Part shown: piece by piece, positions 37,392 through 48,145 of the stretch
How positions within the stretch are numbered: the first letter of the stretch is position 1
How the letters are laid out: each line of letters begins with the position of its first letter
Made by a program: the position numbers and the translations under genes
Notes under the pieces: model-generated
Databases searched by the model: none
What the model saw: only the letters and a program-made list of their open reading frames with translations
What the model was told of the DNA's origin: nothing
Origin: Alphaproteobacteria bacterium
GTDB lineage: Bacteria > Pseudomonadota > Alphaproteobacteria > MPNO01
Assembly (NCBI GenBank): GCA_965248835.1
Contig: CBDFLJ010000001.1
Location: 1,632,001-1,696,000, forward strand
Direction: 5' to 3'
DNA: 64,000 nucleotides

Positions 37392-38505
37392 CGCGCGCCT
37401 CGAAGTCGATCCGCGGATCGACGATGGTGTAGGTGAGATCGCCGACAAGGCGCAACAGCAGCCCGAGCAGGGTGAAGAAGTACAGCGTGCCGAAGATGAT
37501 CGGATAGTCGCGCTTGAGCAGCGCCTCGAAGCCCAGCAGGCCCAGCCCGTCGAGCGAGAAGATCACCTCGATCAGCAGTGCCCCGGTGAACAGGATGCCG
37601 ACGAACAGGCCCGGGAAGCCGGCGATCACGATCAGCATCGCGTTGCGGAAGACGTGGCCGTACATCACCCGCAACTCGGTCAGCCCCTTGGCGCGCGCGG
37701 TCAGCACGTACTGCATGTTGATCTGATCGAGAAAGGAATTCTTGGTCAGCATCGACAGCGACAGGAAGCCGCCGGCTACGAGCGCGATCAACGGCAGCGT
37801 CATATGCCAGAAATAATCGACCACCTGGCCCAGGAACCCGAGCTGGTCGGCGTTTTCCGAGGAAAGCCCGCGCAGGGGAAACCAGTCGAGGAAGCTGCCC
37901 CCGGCGAAGAAGACGATCAGCAGCACCGCCAACACGAAGGACGGTGTCGCGAAGGCGACCGACATCAGGACCGTCGTCCAGACGTCGAAGCGGGCGCCGT
38001 CGCGGACCGCCTTGCGGATCCCCAGCGGGATCGAGACCAGGTAGATGATCAGTGCGCTCCACAGCCCCAGCGAGATCGAGACCGGCATCTTCTCGATCAC
38101 CAGGTTCACCACCGTCTCGTCGCGGAAATAGCTGGTGCCGAAATCGAACTGGACGAACTTGCCCATCATCAGGAGAAAGCGCTCGTGGACCGGCTTGTCG
38201 AAGCCGAACTCCCTTTCGAGTTGGGCGATGAAGGCGGGATCGAGCCCTTGGGCGCCGCGATAGTTGCCGGTCACCGCCGATGCGTCGGCACCCGACTGCG
38301 CGACGGCCTGCGACGAGGTGCCGGTCTCGGTGCCGCTGCCGCCGCCGATCCGCGCGGTCGCGGCGATGTCGGTGCCGGTGACCTGGGCGATGATCTGTTC
38401 GATCGGCCCGCCGGGTGCGAACTGGATGATGGCGAAGTTGACCACCATGATCCCGAGAAGCGTCGGGATCATCAACAGCAGCCGGCGGATGATATAGCTC
38501 AGCAC
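37384..38505 (-). CDS. yejB: oligopeptide/microcin C ABC permease YejB
   Basis: YIIRRLLLMIPTL, APGGP, FGFDKP, ARAKGL and DPRIDFE motifs. Confidence 0.92.
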   Translation of the reverse strand: MLSYIIRRLLLMIPTLLGIMVVNFAIIQFAPGGPIEQIIAQVTGTDIAATARIGGGSGTETGTSSQAVAQSGADASAVTGNYRGAQGLDPAFIAQLEREFGFDKPVHERFLLMMGKFVQFDFGTSYFRDETVVNLVIEKMPVSISLGLWSALIIYLVSIPLGIRKAVRDGARFDVWTTVLMSVAFATPSFVLAVLLIVFFAGGSFLDWFPLRGLSSENADQLGFLGQVVDYFWHMTLPLIALVAGGFLSLSMLTKNSFLDQINMQYVLTARAKGLTELRVMYGHVFRNAMLIVIAGFPGLFVGILFTGALLIEVIFSLDGLGLLGFEALLKRDYPIIFGTLYFFTLLGLLLRLVGDLTYTIVDPRIDFEARGA

Positions 38506-38518
38506 GCCGTGCCAGCTC

Positions 38519-40351
38519 CTAGGGTGCGGGCGGGGCCTTGCCCGCCTCGATCATGGCGGCCTTTTGCGGGTTGTACCACCAGGTATCGACCACGCCGCGG
38601 GCGAAGCGGGGCTTCCCGGGCGGACGGTCGAACTTGTTCCAATAGGCCAGGTGATGCGCCCCCTTGTACCATTGCGGCACGGTGTAGTTGTTCCACATCA
38701 GCACGCGGTCCAGCGCGCGGACGGCGGCGATCAGTGACTTGCGGCTGCGCGCGGCGATCACCTTCTCTATCAGGGCATCGACCGCCGGGTCCTTGATGCC
38801 GCCGATATTGAATGAGCCGGCCACGTCGGCGCCCGCCGAGCCGTAGAAGTTGCGCTGCTCGATCCCCGGCGTCAACGGCTGGACGTAGCGGCGCACAATG
38901 ATGTCGAAGTCGTGGTTGTCGGTCCGCACCTTGAAGTTCGCGACATCGACGATGCGGATCTTCGCCTCGATCCCGAGCCGCTCGAGGTTGCGGATATAGG
39001 GATTGATGATCCGGGTGAAAGAGGCCTCGAACAGCAGGAACTCGACGGTGAACGGCTTGCCCGCCCCGTCGACCAGCCGGCCGCCGTTGACGGCATAGCC
39101 CGCCTCGCGCAGCAGCCGTGCGGCGCGGCGCAGCTCGCGCCGGATGCGGCCGCTGCCGTCGGTCACACTGGCGGCGTAGGACTTGGTGAACACCTCCCCG
39201 GGCACTTGGCCGCGAAACGGCTCCAGAAGCGCAAGTTCGGCGGCGGTAGGCGGCGCGTGGGCGGCCAGCTCGGAGTTCTCGAACATCGAATTGGTCCGCT
39301 GGTAGAGCCCGTGGAACAGGTTCTTGTTGGTCCACTGGAAATCGAAGGCGAGATCGAGCGCGCGGCGCACCCGGCGGTCCTTGAACTTTTCCCGCCGGAG
39401 GTTGAAGAAGAACGCCTGGACGCCCGAAGGTGTCTCGTCGGCAAGGGTCTCGCGGACCATCAGCTTCTTGCGGATCGGCGGCTTGTCGTACTGGCTCACC
39501 CAGCTCCGGGACGTGAACTCCTCGCGCAGGTCGTACTGGCCGGCGAAGATCGCCTCGAAGGCGATGTCGCGGTCGCGGTAGTAGTCGATTTTGATGCGGT
39601 CGAAATTGTACCGGCCGCGATTGACCGGCAGGTCGCGCGCCCAATAGTCCTTCACCCGATCGTAGGCGAGCGACCGGCCCGGCTCGATGTCGACGATCCG
39701 GTAGGGTCCGCTGGACAGCGGCGGGGTGAAGGTCGTCCTGCCGAACGGGGTCTTCGCATGATAGGCCTTGGACAGGACCGGCAAGGCGGCGAGCTGGACC
39801 GGCAGGTCGCGGTGAAAGCCCGGATTGAAGGTGAACCGGACGTAGTCCCTTCCTTCAGCCCGCGCGCCGGCGACATCGCGGAACAGGATTCGGTACTGCG
39901 GATGCCCCTTGTCGATCAGAGTCCGGTAGCTGAAGACGATGTCGTCGGCGGTGATCGGGCTGCCGTCGTGGAAGCGCGCCTCGGGCCGCAACCGGAAGCC
40001 GACCCAGCGGTTGTCCTCGGGCAGGTCGACCGAGGCCGCGACCAGGCCGTACAGCGCGTCCGGCTCGTCGAAGGCGCGCGCCATCAAGGTATCGAAGATC
40101 AGCGGGTTCCACGCCTCCTTCTGGCCCCTGAGGATTAACGGGTTCAGGGTCTCGAAAGTATCGAGCCCCCACAGCCTGAGGGTGCCGCCCTTGGGCGCGT
40201 CCGGGTTTACGTAGTCGAAATGGGTGAAGCCCGGCGGGTATTTGAGGTCGCCGAACACCGACACGCCATGGCTGGTCCGTACGGCTTCGGCGTCCGCCGG
40301 TGAAGGTATCGCGAGCAGCGCTACGGCGAAGAGGGCCGCCCGAAGCATCAT
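38519..40351 (-). CDS. yejA: ABC solute-binding protein family 5 (YejA paralog 2)
   Basis: GDLKYPPGFTHFDYVNPDAPKGG, DYWARDLPVNRGRYNFD and RALDRVL motifs. Confidence 0.88.
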   Translation of the reverse strand: MMLRAALFAVALLAIPSPADAEAVRTSHGVSVFGDLKYPPGFTHFDYVNPDAPKGGTLRLWGLDTFETLNPLILRGQKEAWNPLIFDTLMARAFDEPDALYGLVAASVDLPEDNRWVGFRLRPEARFHDGSPITADDIVFSYRTLIDKGHPQYRILFRDVAGARAEGRDYVRFTFNPGFHRDLPVQLAALPVLSKAYHAKTPFGRTTFTPPLSSGPYRIVDIEPGRSLAYDRVKDYWARDLPVNRGRYNFDRIKIDYYRDRDIAFEAIFAGQYDLREEFTSRSWVSQYDKPPIRKKLMVRETLADETPSGVQAFFFNLRREKFKDRRVRRALDLAFDFQWTNKNLFHGLYQRTNSMFENSELAAHAPPTAAELALLEPFRGQVPGEVFTKSYAASVTDGSGRIRRELRRAARLLREAGYAVNGGRLVDGAGKPFTVEFLLFEASFTRIINPYIRNLERLGIEAKIRIVDVANFKVRTDNHDFDIIVRRYVQPLTPGIEQRNFYGSAGADVAGSFNIGGIKDPAVDALIEKVIAARSRKSLIAAVRALDRVLMWNNYTVPQWYKGAHHLAYWNKFDRPPGKPRFARGVVDTWWYNPQKAAMIEAGKAPPAP

Positions 40352-42192
40352 CGGCCGCCGCGCAGTTTCGCCCTGCGGGATTCGAAGGTGCGGTCCTTTT
40401 CCGGATCGATCCACCAGGAGAAGAGGTCGCTTTGGTATTTTGGCGCCTTGGCGGGCTTGCCGAACCGATCCCAATGGGCGATGCGGTCGAAGCGGGCATG
40501 CCATTGCGGCACCACGTAGTGGTTCCACAAAAGCACCCTGTCGAGCGCGCGGGTGGCGACCACCAGCGACCTGCGGTCCCGCGCCGCGATCAGCTTCTCG
40601 ATCAGCCCATCGATCACCGGGTTCTTGATGCCGATCAAGTTTCGACTGCCCTGGCGGTCCGCGGCATCGCTGCTCCAGAAATCACGCTGCTCGTTGCCGG
40701 GCGACTCCGACTGGCCCCAGCTTGCGATGATCACGTCGAAGTCGAAGGCGCGCAGCCGGTTGATGTATTGCGAGGCATCGACCACCCGGATGGTGCCCTT
40801 GATCCCAAGCCGCTTGAGATTGCGGAGGAACGGCGCGACCACCCGTTCAAACGCCGGCGAGACCAGCAGGAACTCGATCTCCATGGCCATGCCGGTGTCG
40901 ACCTCCACCAGCCGGTTCTTCCTGACCTGCCAGCCCGCCGCGCGCAGCAGGCGTGCGGCGGTGCGCAGGTTGCCGCGGATGTTGCCCGATCCGTCGCCGT
41001 CGGGCGGCTCATAGACCTCGGTGAAGACCCGATCGGGAATTCGGCCCCGGTAGGGCTCCAGCAGGGCCTTCTCCGCCGCATCGGGGAGGGCGCGCGCGGC
41101 AAGCTCGGAGTTGGAGAAGAAGCTTTTGGTGCGCGCGTATTGGCCATGGAACAGGTTCCTGTTCGACCAGGCGAAGTCGAAGGCGTAGGCGATCGCCTTG
41201 CGCAGGTCCGGGTCGGCGAACTTCTTGCGCCGCAGGTTGAAGGCGAAGGACTGCATCCCGGTCGGCCGGGCATGTGCGACCTCCTGCTTGCGTATCAGGC
41301 CGGCCTTGAGCGCGGGCGAGGCATAGCCGGTCGCCCAGTCCTTCGATGAGGTCTCGACCCGGTAGTCGTATTCGTTGGCCTTGAAGGCCTCGAGCGCGAC
41401 CGTCTGGTCGCGGTAGTAGTCCTGGCGCAGCACCTCGAAGTTGTAGAGGCCGCGGTTGATCGGCAGGTCCTTGCCCCAATAGTCCTTGACCCGCTCGAAG
41501 GTGACGAAGCGGCCGGCTTCGAACTTGGCGATGCGGTAGGGGCCGCTGCCCAGCGGCGGCTCCAGCGTGGTCTGCCCGAATTCGCGCGATTGCCAGTCGT
41601 GCTTGGCCAGCACGGGAAGCTGGCCGGTGATCTGCGGCAATTCCCGGTTGGGCGGCCCGGTGAAATGGAACTTGACCCGATGGCTGGAGAGCTTCTCGAC
41701 CTTGGAAATATTGCGGTAGTAGAAGCGATAGAACGGCCGGCCCTTCTCCTTGAGCACCTCGAAGCTGAAGATCACGTCATCGGCGGTCACCGGCGTGCCG
41801 TCGTGGAACCGCGCTTCCGGCCGCAGGTTGTAGATGACATGGGAAAGGTCGTCCGGCACCTCGACGGTCTCGGCGATCAGACCGTATTCGGCGGAAATCT
41901 CGTCGGCCGGCGAGGTCATCAGCGTTTCGACCACCAGCGCGGTCCAGGCCGGTTCGCCCTTGGCGATGAACGGGTTGAAGCTGTCGAAGGAGCCGATCGA
42001 ATGCAGCTTGATCGCGCCGCCCTTCGGCGCGTCGGGGTTGGCATAAGGGCGGTGGGTGAAATCGGCGGGATAGGTGAGTGCGCCGACCAGGGTGAGCCCG
42101 TGGCTCTTCGTCACCTCCGCGGCGGTCGCCGCATGGCTCGTGAAAACCCAAGCGGCCAGACACCACACTGCGGCGAACAGCACTCTGGGCAT
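40348..42192 (-). CDS. yejA: ABC solute-binding protein family 5 (YejA paralog 1)
   Basis: YANPDAPKGG, GSGPY, DYWGKDLP, QSESPGNEQRDFW and RALDRVL motifs. Confidence 0.9.
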   Translation of the reverse strand: MPRVLFAAVWCLAAWVFTSHAATAAEVTKSHGLTLVGALTYPADFTHRPYANPDAPKGGAIKLHSIGSFDSFNPFIAKGEPAWTALVVETLMTSPADEISAEYGLIAETVEVPDDLSHVIYNLRPEARFHDGTPVTADDVIFSFEVLKEKGRPFYRFYYRNISKVEKLSSHRVKFHFTGPPNRELPQITGQLPVLAKHDWQSREFGQTTLEPPLGSGPYRIAKFEAGRFVTFERVKDYWGKDLPINRGLYNFEVLRQDYYRDQTVALEAFKANEYDYRVETSSKDWATGYASPALKAGLIRKQEVAHARPTGMQSFAFNLRRKKFADPDLRKAIAYAFDFAWSNRNLFHGQYARTKSFFSNSELAARALPDAAEKALLEPYRGRIPDRVFTEVYEPPDGDGSGNIRGNLRTAARLLRAAGWQVRKNRLVEVDTGMAMEIEFLLVSPAFERVVAPFLRNLKRLGIKGTIRVVDASQYINRLRAFDFDVIIASWGQSESPGNEQRDFWSSDAADRQGSRNLIGIKNPVIDGLIEKLIAARDRRSLVVATRALDRVLLWNHYVVPQWHARFDRIAHWDRFGKPAKAPKYQSDLFSWWIDPEKDRTFESRRAKLRGGR

Positions 42193-42255
42193 GTGTGATC
42201 CCTCGTTATGCCAAATCCAAACGTGGTGGCGGCGGACGCCGGTGGCAAGCCGCGC

Positions 42256-43050
42256 TCACCCCGGCGCGGCCGGTTGCCCCAGAACCGCCAGCGCCAGGCC
42301 GTGAACCGCTTCATCGCCGGCCGCCACCACCCGGCCGTCCGAGCCGGCGTGCAGCGCCGCGCCGCGCCAGTCCGTCATCACCCCGCCCGCGCCTTCGATA
42401 ACCGGTGCAAGCGCGCAGAAGTCGTGGGGTGCGAGGCCCGCCTCGACCACCAGATCGATATGGCCGCTTGCCGCGAGCCCGTATGCGTAGCCGTCTCCGC
42501 CATAGACCGTGTGGCGGGATTTCGCGGCAAGACGGTCGAAGGCCTCCTTGTCCGCGGTCGAGAACATGTCCGGTGTGGTCGCGTTGAGGATCGCTTCCTC
42601 GAGCCCCGGGCAGGACCGGGCCGATACGACCGTTCCGTTGAACGTCGTGGGCCGCCCGGCGGCGCCGAGCCAGCGCTCGCCCAGCACCGGCTGGTCGATC
42701 ACGCCCAGGACCGGCCGGCCCTCGCGCAGGAACGCGATCAGGGTGCTGAAGATCGGCTTGCCGGTGATGAAAGACTTGGTCCCGTCGATCGGGTCGAGCA
42801 CCCATATCTCGGCGGCGTGCTCGCGGACCGTGCCCAACTCCTCGCCGATGATACCGTGATCGGGGTAGTGCCGCTCGATCAGCGAGCGCATCGCGGCTTC
42901 CGCCGCGCGGTCGGCAGCGGTCACCGGGCTCGCATCCGCCTTGGCCTCGACGGCGACCGGCGCACGGAAATACGGCCGGATAGCCGCACCGGCGGCGTCA
43001 GCCAGCCGGGCCGCGAAGGCGATATACGCCTCGGGGCATCGCGCGCTCAC
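42256..43050 (-). CDS. hisN: histidinol-phosphate phosphatase, inositol monophosphatase family
   Basis: SPVTAADRAAE, GIIGEE, WVLDPIDGTKSF and YGGDGYAY motifs. Confidence 0.85.
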   Translation of the reverse strand: MSARCPEAYIAFAARLADAAGAAIRPYFRAPVAVEAKADASPVTAADRAAEAAMRSLIERHYPDHGIIGEELGTVREHAAEIWVLDPIDGTKSFITGKPIFSTLIAFLREGRPVLGVIDQPVLGERWLGAAGRPTTFNGTVVSARSCPGLEEAILNATTPDMFSTADKEAFDRLAAKSRHTVYGGDGYAYGLAASGHIDLVVEAGLAPHDFCALAPVIEGAGGVMTDWRGAALHAGSDGRVVAAGDEAVHGLALAVLGQPAAPG

Positions 43051-43115
43051 CGCGGGCACGGGCGAGCGATTCCGATCACCGCACCGACGAGCTTGTGGAA
43101 ATCGCTGGACGGCAT
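43047..43115 (-). pseudogene. 22-aa mini-ORF resembling the N-terminus of membrane-anchored cytochrome c (CycM-like relic)
   Basis: MPSSDFHKLVGAVIGIARPCPR* with GGGGAAG RBS; stop overlaps the hisN start (GTGA). Confidence 0.3.
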
Positions 43116-43292
43116 GGCGCGTCTTCCCCATGGACGGAAGCGGCGCCGGGCTGCCGGCGATCTGCTGATCGATCGTCTGCGGATCGGCACAACGGACGAC
43201 ATTTTGCGGCCCGTGCGGACGGGCAGGGACGGCCGGTGCTTAGCAGATCGGCTTCGTGATTTGCAAGCCGATCCTCGATGCCGGGCGTTTCG

Positions 43293-43321
43293 TTGACAGG
43301 CCGGGAGCGCCAATCGATACT
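43293..43321 (+). promoter_or_regulatory. sigma70-type promoter for pheA
   Basis: TTGACA-N17-GATACT, 31 nt above the ATG. Confidence 0.65.
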
Positions 43322-43352
43322 CCCGCGCCGCACGCGCCAGCGCATCGAGGAT

Positions 43353-44228
43353 ATGACAAGGTCGAACCGCCCGAGCAACACGATCGCCTTCCAGGGCGTG
43401 TCGGGCGCCTTTTCGGAACTGGCCTGCCGTCAGGTGTTCCCCGGAATGGCGACCCTGCCGACGGCGGCGTTCGAGGACACCTTCGCCGCGGTCCGCGAGC
43501 GCAGGGCCCGTCTGGCCATGCTGCCGGTCGAGAACTCGGTCGCCGGCCGGGTGGCAGATATCCACGGGCTGATGCCCGAATCACGGCTGCACATCGTTGC
43601 CGAGCACTTCATGCGGGTGCGCCATCATCTGCTGGCATCCAAGGGTGCGAGCCTGGGCTCGATCCGCGTCGTGCACAGCCACATCCATGCGCTGGGCCAG
43701 TGCGGCAGGCTGATCCGCGAGCATGGCTACCGGCCGGTGGTCCATGCCGACACCGCGGGTGCAGCGGCCGACATCGCGGCGCTTGCGGACACCAGCCAGG
43801 CCGCCATCGGCTCGGCGCTCGCCGGCGAGACCTACGGGCTGGTCTCGCTCAAATCCGATATCGAGGACGCCGAGCACAACACGACCCGGTTCCTGGTCAT
43901 GGCCGGCAAGCCGCGGCGCTCGGCCCGCAATTCCGGCCCGGTGGTGACCACCTTCGTCTTCCGGGTGCGCAACGTGCCCGCCGCGCTCTATAAGGCGCTC
44001 GGCGGGTTCGCGACCAACGGCGTCAACATGACCAAGCTGGAGAGCTACATGCTGGGCGGGCGGTTCTCCGCAACCCAGTTCTACGCCGATATCGAAGGCG
44101 ACCCGCGCGAACCCAATGTGCGGCTGGCGCTCGAAGAGCTCGAATTTTTCTCGCACGAGGTGCGGATCCTCGGCACCTACCCGGCCGATTCCTTCCGCAG
44201 GACCAACAAGCCGATCGATCCGCGCTGA
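43353..44228 (+). CDS. pheA: prephenate dehydratase
   Basis: IAFQG..GAFSE, PVENS, SHIHALGQC and NTTRF; ACT domain NMTKLESY. Confidence 0.93.
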   Translation: MTRSNRPSNTIAFQGVSGAFSELACRQVFPGMATLPTAAFEDTFAAVRERRARLAMLPVENSVAGRVADIHGLMPESRLHIVAEHFMRVRHHLLASKGASLGSIRVVHSHIHALGQCGRLIREHGYRPVVHADTAGAAADIAALADTSQAAIGSALAGETYGLVSLKSDIEDAEHNTTRFLVMAGKPRRSARNSGPVVTTFVFRVRNVPAALYKALGGFATNGVNMTKLESYMLGGRFSATQFYADIEGDPREPNVRLALEELEFFSHEVRILGTYPADSFRRTNKPIDPR

Positions 44229-44339
44229 GCGGCCTGCCGGCAACGGCCCGGTCCGACTTCAACGTGCCGATGGCGTGAACGGCGGCAATAGGCGACGCCG
44301 CCGGCCATCCCGCATCCGGCCCGCCATTGCTTGCCCCGC

Positions 44340-45251
44340 TCAGCCGTTCCTTATCCAGTCCTCGATGAGCCGCCGGGCGATCGAGTCCGAGCGCGGCCGG
44401 CGTGCGATGCCTGCCGCGCCGTCGGCGAGCTCGGCGCGGGTGAACCAGCGCGCGTCTTCGAGCTCGTCGGGGTTCATCGCGATCGTCTCGGCCTCGGCGT
44501 CGGCGTAGAACCCGAGCATCAGCGATGCCGGGAACGGCCACGGCTGGGAGGAATGGTAGCGCACGTTGGCGATCGGCAGGCCGACCTCTTCCATGACCTC
44601 GCGGGCGACCGCCTCCTCCAGGCTCTCGCCCGGCTCGACGAAGCCGGCGAGCGCGGAATACATACCCTCCACCCACTCCGCCTTGCGTCCCAGGACCACC
44701 CTGTCACCGTGCATCACCAGCATGATGACCGCCGGATCGGTGCGCGGGAAATGCTGGGTGCCGCAGGATGCGTCGCTGCACACCAGGAGATGACCGGCTT
44801 CGCGCCGGTCGGTCGGCGCGCCGCATGCACCGCAGAACTGATGCCGGCTGTGCCAATGCATCAGCCCTTTGGCGTAGGCCAGCACCCCGCCGTCGTCGCG
44901 CGGCAACAGGATGCCGATGCTGCGGAGGTCGACGAAGCGGCCGCGGCCGGCGAACGGCGCGCGCTCCTCGGGCCGGTCGAGATGGGATACGTCGATCGCG
45001 AAATGCGGGACGTTGCCCAGCCGCCCGAGAAATATCGCCTGGTCCGCATCCTCCAGGGCCTCGCCGAACGCCGCAGGCCTGAAGCGGACCGCGCGCGGCG
45101 CGTCGTCTCCTTCGACGAAGGCGCGCGCACGCCAGATCGCCACCACGACGGCCTCGAGCGAGGCGAACTGCGCGCGCAGCCAAGCGGCATCGTTGCGCCG
45201 CTCGGCGACCCGTTCCAGGCCGTACTCGGCGTAATGGTTCGGCGGCCTCAT
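44340..45251 (-). CDS. nudC: NAD(H) diphosphatase
   Basis: FCGACG Zn site, FPRTDPAVI, Nudix box GESLEEAVAREVMEEVG, SQPWPFPASLM. Confidence 0.93.
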   Translation of the reverse strand: MRPPNHYAEYGLERVAERRNDAAWLRAQFASLEAVVVAIWRARAFVEGDDAPRAVRFRPAAFGEALEDADQAIFLGRLGNVPHFAIDVSHLDRPEERAPFAGRGRFVDLRSIGILLPRDDGGVLAYAKGLMHWHSRHQFCGACGAPTDRREAGHLLVCSDASCGTQHFPRTDPAVIMLVMHGDRVVLGRKAEWVEGMYSALAGFVEPGESLEEAVAREVMEEVGLPIANVRYHSSQPWPFPASLMLGFYADAEAETIAMNPDELEDARWFTRAELADGAAGIARRPRSDSIARRLIEDWIRNG

Positions 45252-45422
45252 CGCTGGCTGCGTCTTCCGATCGGACCCCGCCGGGCCGCGCCCGACCCGG
45301 CCGATCCTTGCGGACCGGAGGGACAAAGCGAGCCCGGAGCCCATGATTGCGTCGGCCGGCAACCCTGCCATACCCCCGCCCGGCGCGCAATCTTGCCAGG
45401 CTTGGGATGCGCGTTCGAGTCC

Positions 45423-45431
45423 TGGTATACT
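45423..45431 (+). promoter_or_regulatory. extended -10 promoter element of ffs
   Basis: TG-G-TATACT ending 5 nt before the RNA 5' end. Confidence 0.55.
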
Positions 45432-45436
45432 CGCTC

Positions 45437-45533
45437 GGGAGGTCGGCGGCGGACGGGGCGCTCGCCAACCCGGTCAGGTCCGGAAGGAAGCAGCCGTAAC
45501 GAGATTGCGCCGGGTCGCCCACCGGCCTCCCAC
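45437..45533 (+). ncRNA. ffs: signal recognition particle RNA (4.5S)
   Basis: conserved core CCGGTCAGGTCCGGAAGGAAGCAGCCG; terminal helix GGGAGG/CCTCCC; upstream of dnaX. Confidence 0.95.
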
Positions 45534-45566
45534 TCTCCGGGCGGGGCACATCACCTTGATCGGACC

Positions 45567-47225
45567 ATGAACGGCTCTTCCGAACCCGTCACACCCTACC
45601 GCGTGCTTGCGCGCAGCTATCGGCCGAGCCGGTTCGCCGACCTGATCGGTCAGGACGCGATGGTGCGCACGCTGACCAACGCGATCAACTCCGGCCGGCT
45701 GGCGCATGCGTTCATCCTCACCGGCATCCGCGGGGTCGGCAAGACGACGACGGCGCGAATCATCGCGCGCGCGCTCAACTGCACCGGCTCGGACGGGCAG
45801 GGCGGGCCGACACCGGAGCCGTGCGGGGTCTGCGAGCACTGCGTGGCGATCGGCGAGGACCGGCATATCGACGTGATCGAAATGGATGCCGCGAGCCGGA
45901 CCGGGGTCGACGACATCCGCGAGCTTATCGAGGGCGTGCTCTACCGGCCGGTCTCGGCGCGCTTCAAGATCTACATCATCGACGAAGTCCACATGCTCTC
46001 GCGCAACGCCTTCAACGCGCTGCTCAAGACGCTGGAGGAGCCGCCCCAGCACGTGAAATTCATCTTCGCGACCACCGAGACGCGGCGGGTGCCGGTCACG
46101 GTGCTGTCGCGCTGCCAGCGCTTCGACCTGTCCCGGGTCGATGGCCAGACGCTGATGGCGCATTTGCGCGACATCGCCGAGCGCGAGCGGGTCGAAGTTG
46201 CCGCCGACGCGCTGCGCCAGATCGTGCGGGCCGCCGAAGGCTCGGTGCGCGACGCGTTGTCGCTGCTCGACCAGGCGATCGCGCACGCCGCGCCCGGCCC
46301 GGTCGAGGCCGATCAGGTGCGCGAGATGCTGGGGCTCGCCGACCGGCTGCGGACCGCGGATCTGTTCGAGGCGCTGGTCCGCGGCCGCATCGCCGATGCC
46401 CTGTCGATCTACGATTCCCTGCACGAGGCGGGCGCGGACCCGATCGCGGTGCTACAGGACCTGCTCGAGTTGACCCATTGGCTGACCCGGCTCAACGCGG
46501 TGCCCGAGGCGCCGACGGCCGGCGGCGCGGTCTCGGACGTGGAGCTCGCGCGCGGCCGGGCGCTCGCCCAGGGGCTGACGGTGCCGGTGCTCGCGCGGGC
46601 TTGGCAGATCCTGCTCAAGGGGCTGTCGGAGGCGCGCATCGCCCATGACGCCCGCCAGGCAGCGGAAATGATCCTGGTCCGCCTGGCCTACGCCGCCGGG
46701 CTGCCGACCCCGGCCGAGATGGTCCGCGCGATCGAGTCGGGGAGCCTGCCCGCGCCGCCGCCACAGCCTGAGGCGGCAGACGATGCGCCGGCCCTGCCGG
46801 CGGATTTCGAGGCGCTGGTCGCGCTGTTCGAAGCGCACAAGGAACCGGTTCTGCGGGCCAATCTGACGGGCAACGTCCACCTGGTGTCCTATGCGCCCGG
46901 AAATCTGGTCTATCGGCCCGGTCCGGGCGCGCCGGCCGGGCTCGCGGCCGAGTTGCACCGGCGGCTGGAGGGCTGGACCGGAACATCCTGGTCGGTCGAG
47001 GCGGTCGAGGACGGCGATGCCGCGCCCAGCCTACACGAGCAGCGGCTCCGGACCGAGGCGGCCGAGCGCGAGGACGCGATCGCCCACCCCGCCGTCCAGG
47101 CCGCGCTCAAGGCGTTTCCCGGCGCCAGACTCGAAGAGGTCCGATCCGTCGAGGCGGCAACCATTCTGGGCGATGAGCCGGTCGATCCGGAAGAAGAGTC
47201 CGATAACGGAGATGCACGCTCATGA
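45567..47225 (+). CDS. dnaX: DNA polymerase III subunits gamma/tau
   Basis: [35 protein letters not shown] and SRCQRF motifs. Confidence 0.96.
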   Translation: MNGSSEPVTPYRVLARSYRPSRFADLIGQDAMVRTLTNAINSGRLAHAFILTGIRGVGKTTTARIIARALNCTGSDGQGGPTPEPCGVCEHCVAIGEDRHIDVIEMDAASRTGVDDIRELIEGVLYRPVSARFKIYIIDEVHMLSRNAFNALLKTLEEPPQHVKFIFATTETRRVPVTVLSRCQRFDLSRVDGQTLMAHLRDIAERERVEVAADALRQIVRAAEGSVRDALSLLDQAIAHAAPGPVEADQVREMLGLADRLRTADLFEALVRGRIADALSIYDSLHEAGADPIAVLQDLLELTHWLTRLNAVPEAPTAGGAVSDVELARGRALAQGLTVPVLARAWQILLKGLSEARIAHDARQAAEMILVRLAYAAGLPTPAEMVRAIESGSLPAPPPQPEAADDAPALPADFEALVALFEAHKEPVLRANLTGNVHLVSYAPGNLVYRPGPGAPAGLAAELHRRLEGWTGTSWSVEAVEDGDAAPSLHEQRLRTEAAEREDAIAHPAVQAALKAFPGARLEEVRSVEAATILGDEPVDPEEESDNGDARS

Positions 47226-47545
47226 AGAATTTCGGCCAGCTCATGAAGCAAGCCCAGGAGATGCAGGCCAAGATCCAGGAGATGCAGAACCGGCTCGCCG
47301 ATGTCGAGGTCACCGGCCGGTCGGGCGCCGGCATGGTCACGATTACCATGAACGGCAAGTCCGAGGTGCGCCAGGTCAAGATCGACCCGAGGCTGTTCAA
47401 TGGCGAGGATGCCGAGGTGGTCGAGGACCTGCTGGTGGCCGCATTCGCCGATGCCAAGGGCAAGGCCGAGGCGCGGATGAGCGAGGAGATGCAGAAGATC
47501 ACCGGCGGCCTCAACCTGCCGCCGGGGCTCGGCCTGCCGTTTTGA
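47222..47545 (+). CDS. ybaB: YbaB/EbfC nucleoid-associated protein
   Basis: [14 protein letters not shown] and EDLLVAA; lies between dnaX and recR. Confidence 0.93.
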   Translation: MKNFGQLMKQAQEMQAKIQEMQNRLADVEVTGRSGAGMVTITMNGKSEVRQVKIDPRLFNGEDAEVVEDLLVAAFADAKGKAEARMSEEMQKITGGLNLPPGLGLPF

Positions 47546-48138
47546 TGGCGGTCTCGGAGATCGACCGGCTGATCGAGCTGCTTGCCAAGCTGCCCGGGCT
47601 CGGCCCGCGTTCGGCGAGGCGGGCGGCGCTGCATCTGATCAATCGCCCCGATGCGCTGCTCGCTCCGCTGGCCGCGGCGCTGGCTGCGGCGGCCCGAAAC
47701 GTCCGGCGGTGCGCGACCTGCGGCAATGTCGACATCGAGGATCCGTGCGGGATCTGCAGCGATACCGAGCGCGGGCAGGCGACGATCTGCGTGGTCGAGG
47801 GCGTGGCCGATCTGTGGGCGCTGGAACGCACGGGCGTGTTCGCGGGCACCTATCACGTGCTTGGCGGCACGCTGTCCGCGCTCGATGGCCGCGGCCCGGA
47901 CGACCTTGCCATCGACCGCCTGATCGCCCGCGCCGGCCGGGACTCGGTCACCGAGGTGATTCTCGCGACCTCAGCCACCGTCGAGGGCCAGACCACTGCC
48001 CACTACCTGATGGACCGCCTGGCGGAGACCGGCGTCGTGGTCTCGATGCTCGCCCACGGCGTCCCGGTCGGCGGTGAGCTCGATTACCTCGACGACGGCA
48101 CGCTGTCCGCAGCGCTGAAATCTCGCCGGCCGCTATAG
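47545..48138 (+). CDS. recR: recombination mediator RecR
   Basis: [12 protein letters not shown]4 zinc finger, YHVLGG and GGELDYLD motifs. Confidence 0.95.
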   Translation: MAVSEIDRLIELLAKLPGLGPRSARRAALHLINRPDALLAPLAAALAAAARNVRRCATCGNVDIEDPCGICSDTERGQATICVVEGVADLWALERTGVFAGTYHVLGGTLSALDGRGPDDLAIDRLIARAGRDSVTEVILATSATVEGQTTAHYLMDRLAETGVVVSMLAHGVPVGGELDYLDDGTLSAALKSRRPL

Positions 48139-48145
48139 GGTCCGC

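Noticed and set aside
45567-47225. Programmed -1 frameshift in dnaX, or the 964-aa ORF starting at 44331
   Set aside because: No A-AAA-AAG or poly-A slippery site seen; the long 5' extension overlaps nudC (opposite strand) and ffs
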